From assembly GCA_035720425.1 (NCBI GenBank), contig DASTOB010000210.1, forward strand, positions 2,638-66,637: a stretch of 64,000 bases of DNA, written 5' to 3'. How positions within the stretch are numbered: the stretch's first letter is position 1; every line of letters begins with the position of its first letter. The DNA comes from Candidatus Limnocylindrales bacterium (GTDB lineage: Bacteria; Chloroflexota; Limnocylindria; Limnocylindrales; CSP1-4). Below the pieces are notes generated by a model. The model did not search any database. It was not told the DNA's origin and saw nothing but the letters and a program-made list of their open reading frames with translations. The position numbers and the translations under genes were made by a program. Below, one piece after another: positions 30,978 to 40,462 of this stretch.

Positions 30978-32027
30978 GTGATCCCACGCTCTGCGGAGCC
31001 GCCGCTCCGCCTGACCGAACTGACCGACTGCGGCGGCTGCGCGGCGAAGCTCGGGGCGGACCTGCTGGCCGACGCGCTGGCGGGCCTCGGTGCGGCCGAT
31101 GCACCCGCCGCGCTCATCGCCGGCCTCACGCCCCCGGACGACGCCGCGGTCTACCGCGTGTCGGACGACCTCGCGATCATCGGGACGCTCGACTTCTTCC
31201 CGCCGCTCGTCGACGACCCGCGGACGTTCGGCGAGATCGCGGCGGCCAACGCCGTGTCGGACGTGTTCGCGATGGGTGGACGGGTCCTGTTCGCCCTGTC
31301 GATCGCGGCGTTTCCGGAGGAGCTGCCACGCGACGTGCTCGCCGCCGTGTTCGACGGGGCGGCGTCGGTCGTGCGGGCGGCGGGCGGCACGCTCGCCGGC
31401 GGCCACACGATCCGCGACCCGGAGCCGAAGTACGGGTTGGCCGTGATCGGCGCGGCGGCCCCATCGCGGCTGCTGCGCAAGGGCGGCGCCAGGCCAGGTG
31501 ACGTGCTGCTCCTGACGAAGCGACTGGGCACGGGGCTCCTCGTCAGCGGCCGGCGCCAGGGCAGAACGGCGGATACGGATTTCGCGGCCGCCATCGACCA
31601 GATGCGCGAGCTCAACCGGGCCGCCTCGGAGGTGCTCGTCGATCACGGCGTCGCGGCGGCCACGGACGTCACCGGCTTCGGGCTGCTCGGTCACGGCCTC
31701 GAGATGGCGCGGGCCGGCGGCGTGCGGCTCGCGTTCGAGGCGGCCGCGCTGCCGGCACTCGGGGGTGCGCTCGCGCTCGCCGCGGCCGGGGTCGAGACCG
31801 GCGGCGCCGCCCACAATCGGCGCTTCGTGGCGCCGTCGCTCGACCGCGTCCCAGGCGTGTCCGACGAACTCGTCGCGCTCGCCCACGACCCGCAGACCTC
31901 CGGCGGCCTCCTCGCGGCGGTGCCGCCCGGATCGCTCGCCGCCGTCCAGGCGGACCTCGACGCGCGCGGCGTCGACCACTGGCGGGTTGGGTCGGTCCAG
32001 CCCGGCGAGGGCGTGTCGCTCTCGTAG
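30978..32027 (+). CDS. selD: selenide, water dikinase SelD (Cys-type)
   Basis: N-terminal LTELTDCGGCAAK (the position of the SelD Sec/Cys) and AIR-synthase-like domains. GTG start. Confidence 0.85.
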   Translation: MIPRSAEPPLRLTELTDCGGCAAKLGADLLADALAGLGAADAPAALIAGLTPPDDAAVYRVSDDLAIIGTLDFFPPLVDDPRTFGEIAAANAVSDVFAMGGRVLFALSIAAFPEELPRDVLAAVFDGAASVVRAAGGTLAGGHTIRDPEPKYGLAVIGAAAPSRLLRKGGARPGDVLLLTKRLGTGLLVSGRRQGRTADTDFAAAIDQMRELNRAASEVLVDHGVAAATDVTGFGLLGHGLEMARAGGVRLAFEAAALPALGGALALAAAGVETGGAAHNRRFVAPSLDRVPGVSDELVALAHDPQTSGGLLAAVPPGSLAAVQADLDARGVDHWRVGSVQPGEGVSLS

Positions 32028-32103
32028 CGGGCGACTGGCGGTGTACCCGGACCGCGGCGCGGACTACACTCGACGGCGTCGTCAACCCGCACGGAGGCAC
32101 CGA

Positions 32104-34017
32104 GTGCCGAAGCGCTACGTTCGACTGACCCAGCCCCTCGTCCGCGACACGAGGGGGAGCGACTTCCGCCCAACGACGTGGGACGAGGCGCTCGACCGGG
32201 TGGTCGCCGGGTTCACGGCCGCGAAGGCGGCCAAGGGCCCGACGACGTTCGGCGTGTTCAGCTGCAGCAAGGCGACCAACGAGGTCAACTTCGCGGCGCA
32301 GAAGTTTAGCCGGACGGTCCTGGGCAGCAACAACATCGACAGCTGCAACCGCACCTGACACGCGCCGTCTGTCGCCGGTCTGGCGACCGTCTTCGGCGCT
32401 GGTGGCGGAACCAGCTCATATCGTGAGGTCGAGGACACCGATCTGATCGTCCTCTGGGGCAGCAACGCCCGAGAGACGCATCCGATCTTCTTCCACCACG
32501 TCCTGCGCGGCGTCCACAACGGCGCCCGCCTCTACGCGGTCGACCCGCGACGGACGGATTCGGCCGAGTGGGCGGACGGCTGGCTCGGCCTCGACGTCGG
32601 CTCCGACATCGCCCTCGCGAACGCAGTCGGCCGCGAGATCATCGCCGCCGGCCTCCACCATCGCGCGTTCATCGACCGAGCGAGCACCGGGTTCGACGCC
32701 TACGCGGCCGGCGTCGAGCCGTACACGCTCGACTACGCCGAGCGCGAGACCGGTGTCCCGGCCGACCTCATCCGCGAGCTCGCCCACGCCTACGCAACGG
32801 CCGACCGGGCGATGATCTGCTGGACCCTCGGCATCACCGAGCACCACAACGCGGTCGACAACGTTCTTGCGCTCATCAACCTCGCCCTGCTGACCGGGCA
32901 CGTCGGTCGCTACGGGAGTGGCCTCAATCCCCTCCGCGGTCAGAACAACGTCCAGGGCGGCGGCGACATGGGCGCCCTCCCGGACCGCCTGCCCGGGTTC
33001 CAGCACGTCGAGAACGAGGCACTCCGGGCCCGCTTCGACGAGGCGTGGGGCGTTCCCGTGCCGCCGAAGCGTGGCTGGCACCTGTCCGGCATGTTCGACG
33101 CGATGGAGCGCGGCGACCTGACCGCGGTCTACGTGATCGGCGAGAACCCCGTCCAGTCCGAGGCGGACCAGACGCGGGCGATCCACCTCCTCACCGGCCT
33201 CGAGTTCCTCGTCGTGCAGGACCTGTTCCTCACGAAGACGGCCGAATTGGCCGACGTCGTCCTCCCCGCCGCCGCGGCATGGGCGGAGAGCGAGGGTACC
33301 GTCACGAACTCGGAGCGGCGCGTCCAGCGCGTGCGCAAGGCGATCGATCCGCCCGGCGATGCGCGCGACGACCTTGCGATCATCGTCGAGCTGGCACGGC
33401 GGATGGGCCACGACTGGGGCACCCAGACGGCGGAGGACGTCTGGAACGAGGTCCGCCGCCTGTCGCCGGTTCACGCCGGGATGAGCTACCGGAGGCTCGA
33501 GGAGCTCGGCGGCATCCAGTGGCCGTGCTACGACGAGGACCACCCGGGCGAGCTGTTCCTCCACAGCCGCCTGTGGGAGGACCCGGTTCCGGGCAACCGC
33601 GTCCCGTTCGTGGCGGTCGAGCACGATCCGCCGGTCGACAAGCTCGACGACGACTTCCCGATCCGGCTCACCACCGGCCGACGGCTCGACTCGTACAACA
33701 CCGGCGTCCAGACGGCCGGCTACTCGTCTCCGCTGCGTCGCGGCGAGTCGCTCGACATCAGTCCGGAGGACGCGGAGCGCCTCGGACTCGCCGAGGGCGA
33801 GGTCGTCCGCGTCACGTCGCGGCGCGGGTCGGTCGAGGTGCCGATCCGGATCGACCCGTCGCTCCGCCCCGGCCTCACCTTCATGACCCTCCACTTCCAG
33901 GACGACGTGGCCACGAACCTGCTCACGATCGACGCGACGGACCCCAAGTCCGGCACGGCGGAGTTCAAGGCGACCGCGATCCGGATCGAGAAGGTCGCGG
34001 CGGCGCTGCCCGCCTAA
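32104..34017 (+). CDS. fdhA: formate dehydrogenase catalytic (molybdopterin) subunit, selenocysteine-containing, lacking the N-terminal Fe-S domain
   Basis: Two ORFs (31765..32358 and 32812..34017) lie in the same frame, separated only by TGA 32356-32358. The context SCNRT-U-HAPSVAGL matches the FdhF Sec motif (CARV-U-HGPSVAGL). C-terminal molybdopterin-dinucleotide-binding domain. GTG start with an upstream GGAGG. Confidence 0.85.
32359..32398 (+). promoter_or_regulatory. bacterial SECIS element immediately 3' of the Sec UGA
   Basis: Lower stem CGCCG/CGGCG, internal loop, upper stem GUCGCC/GGCGAC, apical loop GGUCU. This closely parallels the E. coli fdhF SECIS (UGACACGG...GGUUGCAGGUCUGCACC). 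Confidence 0.65.
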
Positions 34018-34523
34018 GGATCGACCGGGAGCGGGCCGGGCGATGAGGCCTCGGTCCCACCACCGACGGCGAGCAACCCGAGCGCCGGAACGATGAGCAG
34101 GGCGAGCACGACTGCCGTGACGACGATCTTCTCCCTGATCGTCCAGTACGACGACATCCATACGAGCCCGAGCCCCAGCAGCGGTCCGAACACCGGGAGC
34201 AGGATCATTCCGAGGGTAAGGAGGAGGGCGGCGGCAACCTCAACGGCGCCCCAGCGCTGGGTCGCACGACCCGCGCCGCCGGAGTCCTCCGGACCGGGAG
34301 CGTTGACCGAGTCCGCCTCCGCATCGACGATTGCCTCGGGCGACCCGAGTCGGTCGAGCGCCGTCCGCACCGTCGCCTCGTCGCGGCTCCCGGCCTCGTC
34401 CAGGGCAAGCTCGATGTGGCCGCGGATCTCCTCGACGAGCTCAGACCGTCGGGCGGCAGGCAGCCGTCGCGCCTCGGTGCCGAGACGCTCGAGGTAGGCG
34501 CGCACGAGCGCATCGCCGGTCAT
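34014..34523 (-). CDS. membrane protein partner of PadR (DUF1700/HAAS-like)
   Basis: The ATG overlaps the padR stop (ATGA). Soluble N-terminal part plus C-terminal TM helices. Confidence 0.5.
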   Translation of the reverse strand: MTGDALVRAYLERLGTEARRLPAARRSELVEEIRGHIELALDEAGSRDEATVRTALDRLGSPEAIVDAEADSVNAPGPEDSGGAGRATQRWGAVEVAAALLLTLGMILLPVFGPLLGLGLVWMSSYWTIREKIVVTAVVLALLIVPALGLLAVGGGTEASSPGPLPVDP

Positions 34524-34870
34524 GTCCCACCTCCCGGACTCGTGATCAGTCGGTCGACGGCATCCCTGAACGCCGTCCAGTCCGCGACGAAGCCATCGAG
34601 TGCGCGGCGCCCGCGGTCCGTCGCACGGTAGTAACGCCGCGGCGGCCCCGCGTCGGACTCGCGCCACGTCGTCTCGACAAGTCCATCGCGGCGCAGCCGC
34701 GCGAGCAACGGGTAGATCGTCCCCTCGCCCGCCAGCAGGCCGCGCGACGACAGGACCCGCACGAGGTCGAAGGCATACCCGTCGCGTTCGCGGACCAGGG
34801 CGAGCACGCAGAACTCGACGACACCGCGTCGCAGCTCGCTGAGCGGCTTCCGTGTCTCGCCGGGTATCAT
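34520..34870 (-). CDS. PadR family transcriptional regulator
   Basis: 116 aa with GYAFDLVRVL...GTIYPLLARLRRDGLVE, a winged HTH. Confidence 0.85.
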   Translation of the reverse strand: MIPGETRKPLSELRRGVVEFCVLALVRERDGYAFDLVRVLSSRGLLAGEGTIYPLLARLRRDGLVETTWRESDAGPPRRYYRATDRGRRALDGFVADWTAFRDAVDRLITSPGGGT

Positions 34871-34939
34871 GCGTCACATGGTAGTCTCGCCAGCGCGCGT
34901 GTCAACTCCTCGCCGGCCGTACGTGAGTGGGATCCTGTG

Positions 34940-35332
34940 TCAGGCCGGTCGGACGACCGGCAGGCCCAGGCCCCGGGCGGCCGCCGCGAGCCGGTCATCG
35001 TAGGTCACGAACGCGTCGAGTTCGGCGCCCAGGGACAGCGCCGTCGCCAGGTGGACGGCGTCCAGTGTTCGAAGCAAAGGGGGCTGTATGGCCGACGCCG
35101 ACCGAGCGATGACGTCGTCAAGGGCGAGGGTCACGAGCGTCGCCAGCACCGAGCGAAGGTGAACAGCGTCGTGGGACCTGCGGGCCACCGCGCGGCGGGT
35201 CTCGATAACGCCGAGCACGCTCGTCGCGACTCGCTCCACCTCGACGAACCAACGGACCATCGAATTCGTGTCTGGTTCATGAAGGACGAGCTTCACGATC
35301 GCGGAGGCATCGACATACGCCAGCCGGGTCAT
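34940..35332 (-). CDS. vapC: PIN-domain toxin VapC
   Basis: 130 aa with an N-terminal YVDASAIV acidic motif, plus D and TYD. Confidence 0.8.
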   Translation of the reverse strand: MTRLAYVDASAIVKLVLHEPDTNSMVRWFVEVERVATSVLGVIETRRAVARRSHDAVHLRSVLATLVTLALDDVIARSASAIQPPLLRTLDAVHLATALSLGAELDAFVTYDDRLAAAARGLGLPVVRPA

Positions 35333-35628
35333 CGATCGTCCTCGTCACGCATCTCCTGGAGGATCTCCGACAGCGGGCGCCCCGGGATCTTCGGGGGCGG
35401 CGGGACCGTCCGGTGGTCCACCGTGGCCGCGGTCGCCCGGCCCTCGGCGATGAGCCGATCGAGGATCGACATCCTTGAGGCTCGCTTCGGCTCGAGGAGC
35501 GCAACGACCTCGCCGCGCTCCGTCACCTCGAGCGTCTCGCCGGCCTTCACGCGACGGAGATAGACCGACAGGTTCTGGCGCAGCTCACGCACGCCGACGC
35601 GCGCCGGGCGATCCACGGTCTCGCTCAT
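35329..35628 (-). CDS. vapB: antitoxin (Phd/YefM-like) of the vapBC pair
   Basis: Stop overlaps the vapC start (ATGA). Contains VRELRQNLSVYLRRV. The start is ambiguous between ATG 35628 and ATG 35637. Confidence 0.6.
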   Translation of the reverse strand: MSETVDRPARVGVRELRQNLSVYLRRVKAGETLEVTERGEVVALLEPKRASRMSILDRLIAEGRATAATVDHRTVPPPPKIPGRPLSEILQEMRDEDDR

Positions 35629-35748
35629 GTAGCACATGGTAGCACATCGGCCGTGACGAGATCCGCGACGACCCCTTGACACGCCGGTCGGGGCTGGCAC
35701 GCTTCCGCGGTCCGGCACGCGTCGCGGTCGGCCAGAGGAGGAACGCAC

Positions 35749-36069
35749 ATGGCGCACTACCTGTTCCGCGCGTCATACACGGAGTCGGGGGTCCAGGGGC
35801 TCATGAAGGAGGGCGGCTCCGCCCGGATGGCGGTCGTCGAGAAGCTCTTCGCGAGCGTCGGCGGTCGGGTCGAGGCGGCGTACTGGGCGTTCGGTGACGA
35901 CGACTTCATCCTCATCGCCGAGCTGCCGGACAACCAGGCGGCCGCACGGGCCGCGCTGACCGTCTCGTCGTCGGGCGCCGTTCGCGTCACCACGACGGTG
36001 CTCCTGACGGCGGCCGAGGTCGACGCGGCGACGAGCGCGCGCGCGGAGTACCGAGCTCCCGGCGCCTGA
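35749..36069 (+). CDS. GYD domain protein
   Basis: 106 aa. MAHYLFRASYTESGVQGL...GGRVEAAYWAFGDDDFILIAELPD. Confidence 0.6.
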   Translation: MAHYLFRASYTESGVQGLMKEGGSARMAVVEKLFASVGGRVEAAYWAFGDDDFILIAELPDNQAAARAALTVSSSGAVRVTTTVLLTAAEVDAATSARAEYRAPGA

Positions 36070-36138
36070 CCCGAGCGGCCCGCCGAAATGGGGGCGCCCG
36101 TTTGACGTGCCGACGCGACCGCGCGTAGCGTCGCGGTC

Positions 36139-36963
36139 GTGACCAATCCGTGGCAGGCTCCGAGCCGCGACCCATCCGTCGAGCGGCTGCTTCGACGTCC
36201 GGCGCCGGCTCCGGAACCGCAACCGTCGCGCCTCCGGGACCCGGCCCGGGCGCTCATCCTCGTCGGGGCGGCCGTCGTCATCGTCGCATCGCCCCTGCCA
36301 TGGCTCGTGCGCGTCGGCAATCCGCCGCCCCAGACGGTGACCGGCTGGTCCGGCGTCGCCGACGGCTTCTTCCTGGCCGTCGCCGCGATCGGCCTGGCCG
36401 TCCTCGCCTGGAGTCGGTCCGCCGACGACTCGCCGTCGATCCTCCTCCGAGCCCTGCCCGCGGTGCTCGGCGCGGTCGCCGTCGCGTTCGGGATCGGCGC
36501 ACTCCGGTCGATGGAGAACCGGATCCATATCTGGGAGCGCGAAGGCGCCACCGGCGTGCACCAGCCGGCGTTGTGGATCTTCCTGGCCGGTGCGGCCGTG
36601 CTCGCGATGGGCGGAATCTGGCTCGGGACGCGCCGGCTCCGCGACCGATCGCGACCGCGTGTCGTCGTGGCGATTTCTGCCGACACGGCTCGCTGGGCGA
36701 TCTTCGGGATGATCGGCACGGTCGTCGGCGTCGCCGTGGTCGCCCTGGCCGTGCTCAACTCGGGACTCGATCCGGTGGCGATGTCGCTGCCGCTCCTCGT
36801 CGGCGTCATGGTCGGCGCGATCGTCGGGGGGAACGCCGGTGCATGGCTGGCCCGCGCGATCGGGGCGCGACCACCCGGTGGCGACCGACCTCCACTCGAT
36901 CGGGTCATTCCCACCCTCCGAACCCGCGGCCCGGCCGGCTCGCAGGATCGGGACGTGCGGTAA
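36139..36963 (+). CDS. hypothetical polytopic membrane protein
   Basis: 6-7 TM segments. No motif recognised. Confidence 0.45.
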   Translation: MTNPWQAPSRDPSVERLLRRPAPAPEPQPSRLRDPARALILVGAAVVIVASPLPWLVRVGNPPPQTVTGWSGVADGFFLAVAAIGLAVLAWSRSADDSPSILLRALPAVLGAVAVAFGIGALRSMENRIHIWEREGATGVHQPALWIFLAGAAVLAMGGIWLGTRRLRDRSRPRVVVAISADTARWAIFGMIGTVVGVAVVALAVLNSGLDPVAMSLPLLVGVMVGAIVGGNAGAWLARAIGARPPGGDRPPLDRVIPTLRTRGPAGSQDRDVR

Positions 36964-36990
36964 GGCGCGGTCGGCCTACACTCAGCGGCG

Positions 36991-38847
36991 ATGGACCTCC
37001 ACGTCATCGGGCCGCTCGCCTCGCCGGCCGAACGGGCAGCGGTCGACGGGGTGCTCGGGCCAGCGACATCGGGCTGGGCGGGTGGCGCCCGTAACCCCGC
37101 CACCGACGGACATGCGGCGCGCGGCGGCCACGCGGCGAGGTCACGACGCGACCTCCTGCTGCCAGCGCTCCATGCGCTCCAGGACCGGGTCGGTTGGATC
37201 AGCCAGCCCGCGCTCAACTACGTCAGTCGCCGGCTGACCGTCCCGCCGGCCGAGGCGTACGGCGTCGCGACGTTCTACGCGCTCTTCTCGACGACGCAGC
37301 GGCCACCCGTCGTCGCCCACGTCTGTGACGACATCGCGTGCCGGCTGGCGGGCGCGGAAGAGGTGTGTGCGGACCTCGAGGCAGCGGTGGGGCCGGAAGG
37401 ATCGCCGATCCGCCACGGGACGACGACCTGGCAGCGGAGCCCGTGCCTGGGCCTGTGCGACCGGGCGCCCGCGGCGATGCTGACCGTCGCCGGCGAGGTC
37501 CCGGCGCGCTGGTCATTCGGCCCGGTCGACGCCGAGCAGATCGTCCTGTGGTTCGACCCCGCGGACCACGGGTGGAGCGAGACCGCCGACGCGGACCTGC
37601 CACAACCGCCGAGCGAACGGTCGCGGCTGCTCGGCCGGGTCGGCGTCGTCGACCCCGGCTCGCTCGACGACTACCGCGCCCACGGCGGCTACGAGGGACT
37701 GACCCGCGCCCTCGCGATCGGCCGCGAGGCCGTCATCGCCGAGGTCACCGCGTCGAAGCTCGTCGGCCGCGGCGGCGCCGCCTTCCCGACCGGACGCAAG
37801 TGGGCCGCCGTGGCCGCCCAGCCGGCCCGGCCGCACTATCTCGTCTGCAACGCCGACGAGTCGGAGCCGGGCACGTTCAAGGACCGCGTGCTCCTCGAGG
37901 GCGATCCGTTCGCGGTCGTCGAGGCGATGACGATCGCGGCGTTCGCGACCGGCTGCGAGCGGGGCTACCTGTACATCCGCGGCGAGTACCCGCTGGCCGA
38001 GGAGCGGGTCGCCGGTGCGATCGCATCGGCCCGCGAGGCCGGCCTGCTCGGCCCGGACATCGCGGGATCCGGCTTCGCCTTCGACATCGAGGTTCGGCGC
38101 GGCGCCGGTGCCTACATCTGCGGCGAGGAGACCGCGCTGTTCGAATCGATCGAGGGCAAGCGCGGCGAGCCGCGCAACAAGCCGCCGTTCCCGGTGGAGG
38201 TGGGCCTGTTCGGCAAGCCGACCGTCGTCAACAACGTCGAGACGCTCGTCAACGTCCCGCTCATCGTCCGCGGCGGCGGCGAGGCGTTTGCGCGGATCGG
38301 CACGGACGGCTCGAGCGGGCCAAAGCTGTTCTGCCTGTCCGGTCACGTTGCGAAACCCGGTGTGTACGAGGTCGAGTTCGGGACGACGCTCCGCGAGCTC
38401 ATCGAGGCCGGCGGCGGCGTGCCGGGCAGCCGGGCGCTCAAGACCGTCCTGCTCGGCGGCGCCGCCGGGGTGTTCGTCGGCCCCGATGCCCTCGACACGC
38501 CGCTCACGTTCGAGGCGACGCGGGCGATCGGCGCCACCCTCGGGTCCGGCGTCGTGATGGTCTTCGACGAGACCGCCGACCTCGCCGGCACGCTCCGAAG
38601 GATCGCCCAGTTCTTCCGCGACGAGTCCTGCGGGCAGTGCGTCCCGTGCCGGGTCGGCACCGTACGCCAGGAGGAGCTGCTCGCCCGCCTCGTCGCCGGT
38701 CGCCCGCACGGCAGCGCCGCGGATGAGCTCGCGCTCCTGCGGGAGATCGGCCAGGCGATGCGCGACGCCTCGATCTGCGGCCTCGGCCAGACCGCCAGCT
38801 CGGCCATCGAATCGGCCGTTCGCCAGCCGGCGCTCGTGTCGGTATGA
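36991..38847 (+). CDS. fused NuoE-like/NuoF-like diaphorase subunit of NAD-dependent formate dehydrogenase (FdsG-FdsB fusion)
   Basis: N-terminal thioredoxin-like 2Fe-2S (NuoE) region, then an FMN/NADH-binding NuoF core (GRGGAAFPTG, CNADESEPGTFKD) and a 4Fe-4S motif CGQCVPCR. Confidence 0.85.
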   Translation: MDLHVIGPLASPAERAAVDGVLGPATSGWAGGARNPATDGHAARGGHAARSRRDLLLPALHALQDRVGWISQPALNYVSRRLTVPPAEAYGVATFYALFSTTQRPPVVAHVCDDIACRLAGAEEVCADLEAAVGPEGSPIRHGTTTWQRSPCLGLCDRAPAAMLTVAGEVPARWSFGPVDAEQIVLWFDPADHGWSETADADLPQPPSERSRLLGRVGVVDPGSLDDYRAHGGYEGLTRALAIGREAVIAEVTASKLVGRGGAAFPTGRKWAAVAAQPARPHYLVCNADESEPGTFKDRVLLEGDPFAVVEAMTIAAFATGCERGYLYIRGEYPLAEERVAGAIASAREAGLLGPDIAGSGFAFDIEVRRGAGAYICGEETALFESIEGKRGEPRNKPPFPVEVGLFGKPTVVNNVETLVNVPLIVRGGGEAFARIGTDGSSGPKLFCLSGHVAKPGVYEVEFGTTLRELIEAGGGVPGSRALKTVLLGGAAGVFVGPDALDTPLTFEATRAIGATLGSGVVMVFDETADLAGTLRRIAQFFRDESCGQCVPCRVGTVRQEELLARLVAGRPHGSAADELALLREIGQAMRDASICGLGQTASSAIESAVRQPALVSV

Positions 38848-39854
38848 CCGTCGACCCGATCCTGTTCAGCCCGCCGGCGAGGCCGTCGCGGCCGCCCGCC
38901 CCGCCGCCGGCCGAGGCGCCGCCGCCGGTCGAGCTCACCATCGACGGGGCGGCGGTGTCGGTCCCCGCCGGGTCGACCATCCTCGACGCCTGCCGGGCCG
39001 AGGGCATCGACACGCCGACGCTCTGCTACGCCGACAACCTGACCCCGGTCAACGTGTGCCGCGTGTGCGTCGTCGAGGTGACCGGCGCGCGCGTGCTCGT
39101 GCCGGCCTGCTCGCGTCCGGTCGAGGCCGGGATGGACGTCCGGACCGATTCCGAACGCGTCCGACACAGCCGGAAGATGGTCCTCGAGTTCCTCGGCTCG
39201 TCGGTCGACGTGTCGCTCGCCGGTCCGGCCCAGCCGGACGGCTCGATCGGCGCCTACATGGAGCGCTACCGGGCGGATCCGACACGGTACGGCCCGCCGG
39301 CCGCACCGGCCGACGCCGGGGAGCGCGATGCCCACGTCGCCGGTCATCATCACGTGCCGTCGGGCGACGAGGCCACACACGCCGCCACGGTCGCCCAGCC
39401 GGTCACGGTCGACAACGACCTGTATGTCCGCGACTACGCGAAGTGCATCCTCTGCTACAAGTGCGTCGAGGCATGCGGCGAAGACGCCCAGAACACGTTC
39501 GCGATCGCCGTCGCCGGGCGTGGCTTCGACGCCCGGATCTCGACCGAGCAGGCGGTGCCGCTGCCGGAATCGGCGTGCGTCTACTGCGGCAACTGCATCG
39601 GCGTGTGCCCCACCGGCGCCCTCATGTTCCGCTCGGAGTTCGAGATGCGCGAGGCGGGCACGTGGGACGAGGGCGCCCAGACGGTGACCGAGACGATCTG
39701 CCCGTACTGCGGTGTCGGCTGCGCCGTCGACCTCCACGTCCAGGACAACACAATCGTGAAGGTCACCTCGCCGCTCGACTCGTCGGTGACCGACGGGCAC
39801 CTGTGCATCAAGGGCCGCTTCGGCTTCCAGTTCGTCCAGAACCGTGGAGAGTGA
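38844..39854 (+). CDS. NuoG-like Fe-S domain protein, the N-terminal half of FDH alpha as a separate gene
   Basis: 2Fe-2S ferredoxin-like start, 4Fe-4S motifs (CILCYKCVEAC, CVYCGNCIGVCP), and the FdhF-type N-terminal cluster ICPYCGVGC...HLCIKGRFG. It then terminates. The ATG overlaps the upstream stop. Confidence 0.8.
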   Translation: MTVDPILFSPPARPSRPPAPPPAEAPPPVELTIDGAAVSVPAGSTILDACRAEGIDTPTLCYADNLTPVNVCRVCVVEVTGARVLVPACSRPVEAGMDVRTDSERVRHSRKMVLEFLGSSVDVSLAGPAQPDGSIGAYMERYRADPTRYGPPAAPADAGERDAHVAGHHHVPSGDEATHAATVAQPVTVDNDLYVRDYAKCILCYKCVEACGEDAQNTFAIAVAGRGFDARISTEQAVPLPESACVYCGNCIGVCPTGALMFRSEFEMREAGTWDEGAQTVTETICPYCGVGCAVDLHVQDNTIVKVTSPLDSSVTDGHLCIKGRFGFQFVQNRGE

Positions 39855-40455
39855 CCGGACCGGTCGGATCATCCTCCTCAACGGCACGTCGAGCTCCGGC
39901 AAGACGTCGCTGGTCCGGGCCCTCCAGGACCGGCTGCCGGACCCGTGGCTCGAGCTCGGGATCGATCGGTTCGTCTTCGCCCTGCCACGGCGCTACCTGA
40001 ATCAGCCGGGCTGGTCCGACGTGTTCCGGTACATCCGGAAGGACGGATCGGCGGACGGGCCGTTCACGATCGAACCGGGCCCGTTGGGGCGCCGCCTCGT
40101 CGGCGGGATGCACCGAACCGCCGCGGCGCTGGCCGAGGTCGGCATCGACGTGATCGTCGACCACGTCCTGCTCGAACGGGCGTGGCTCGACGAGTGCCGA
40201 CGCCTGTGGGCGCCATTCCCGGTGCTGTTCGTCGGGGTGCGCTGCCCCCTCGAGGTCGTGCTCCGCCGGGAGCGGGAGCGCAACGATCGGACGATCGGCC
40301 AGGCGGAGGCCCAGTTCGGCGTCGTCCATCAGTGGGGCGGGTATGACGTCGAGATCGACACGTCCATCGTGCCGGCGGCCGAGGCAGCCGAGGCCGTCGC
40401 ATCGGCCGTCGCGGCGGGGTTTCCTGATCGGCCATTCCGCCGCCTGGCGATCTGA
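39844..40455 (+). CDS. P-loop kinase, chloramphenicol-phosphotransferase-like (CPT) family
   Basis: IILLNGTSSSGKTS Walker A. About 200 aa. The GTG start overlaps the end of the preceding gene. Confidence 0.55.
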   Translation: MESDRTGRIILLNGTSSSGKTSLVRALQDRLPDPWLELGIDRFVFALPRRYLNQPGWSDVFRYIRKDGSADGPFTIEPGPLGRRLVGGMHRTAAALAEVGIDVIVDHVLLERAWLDECRRLWAPFPVLFVGVRCPLEVVLRRERERNDRTIGQAEAQFGVVHQWGGYDVEIDTSIVPAAEAAEAVASAVAAGFPDRPFRRLAI

Positions 40456-40462
40456 CGCCGAC

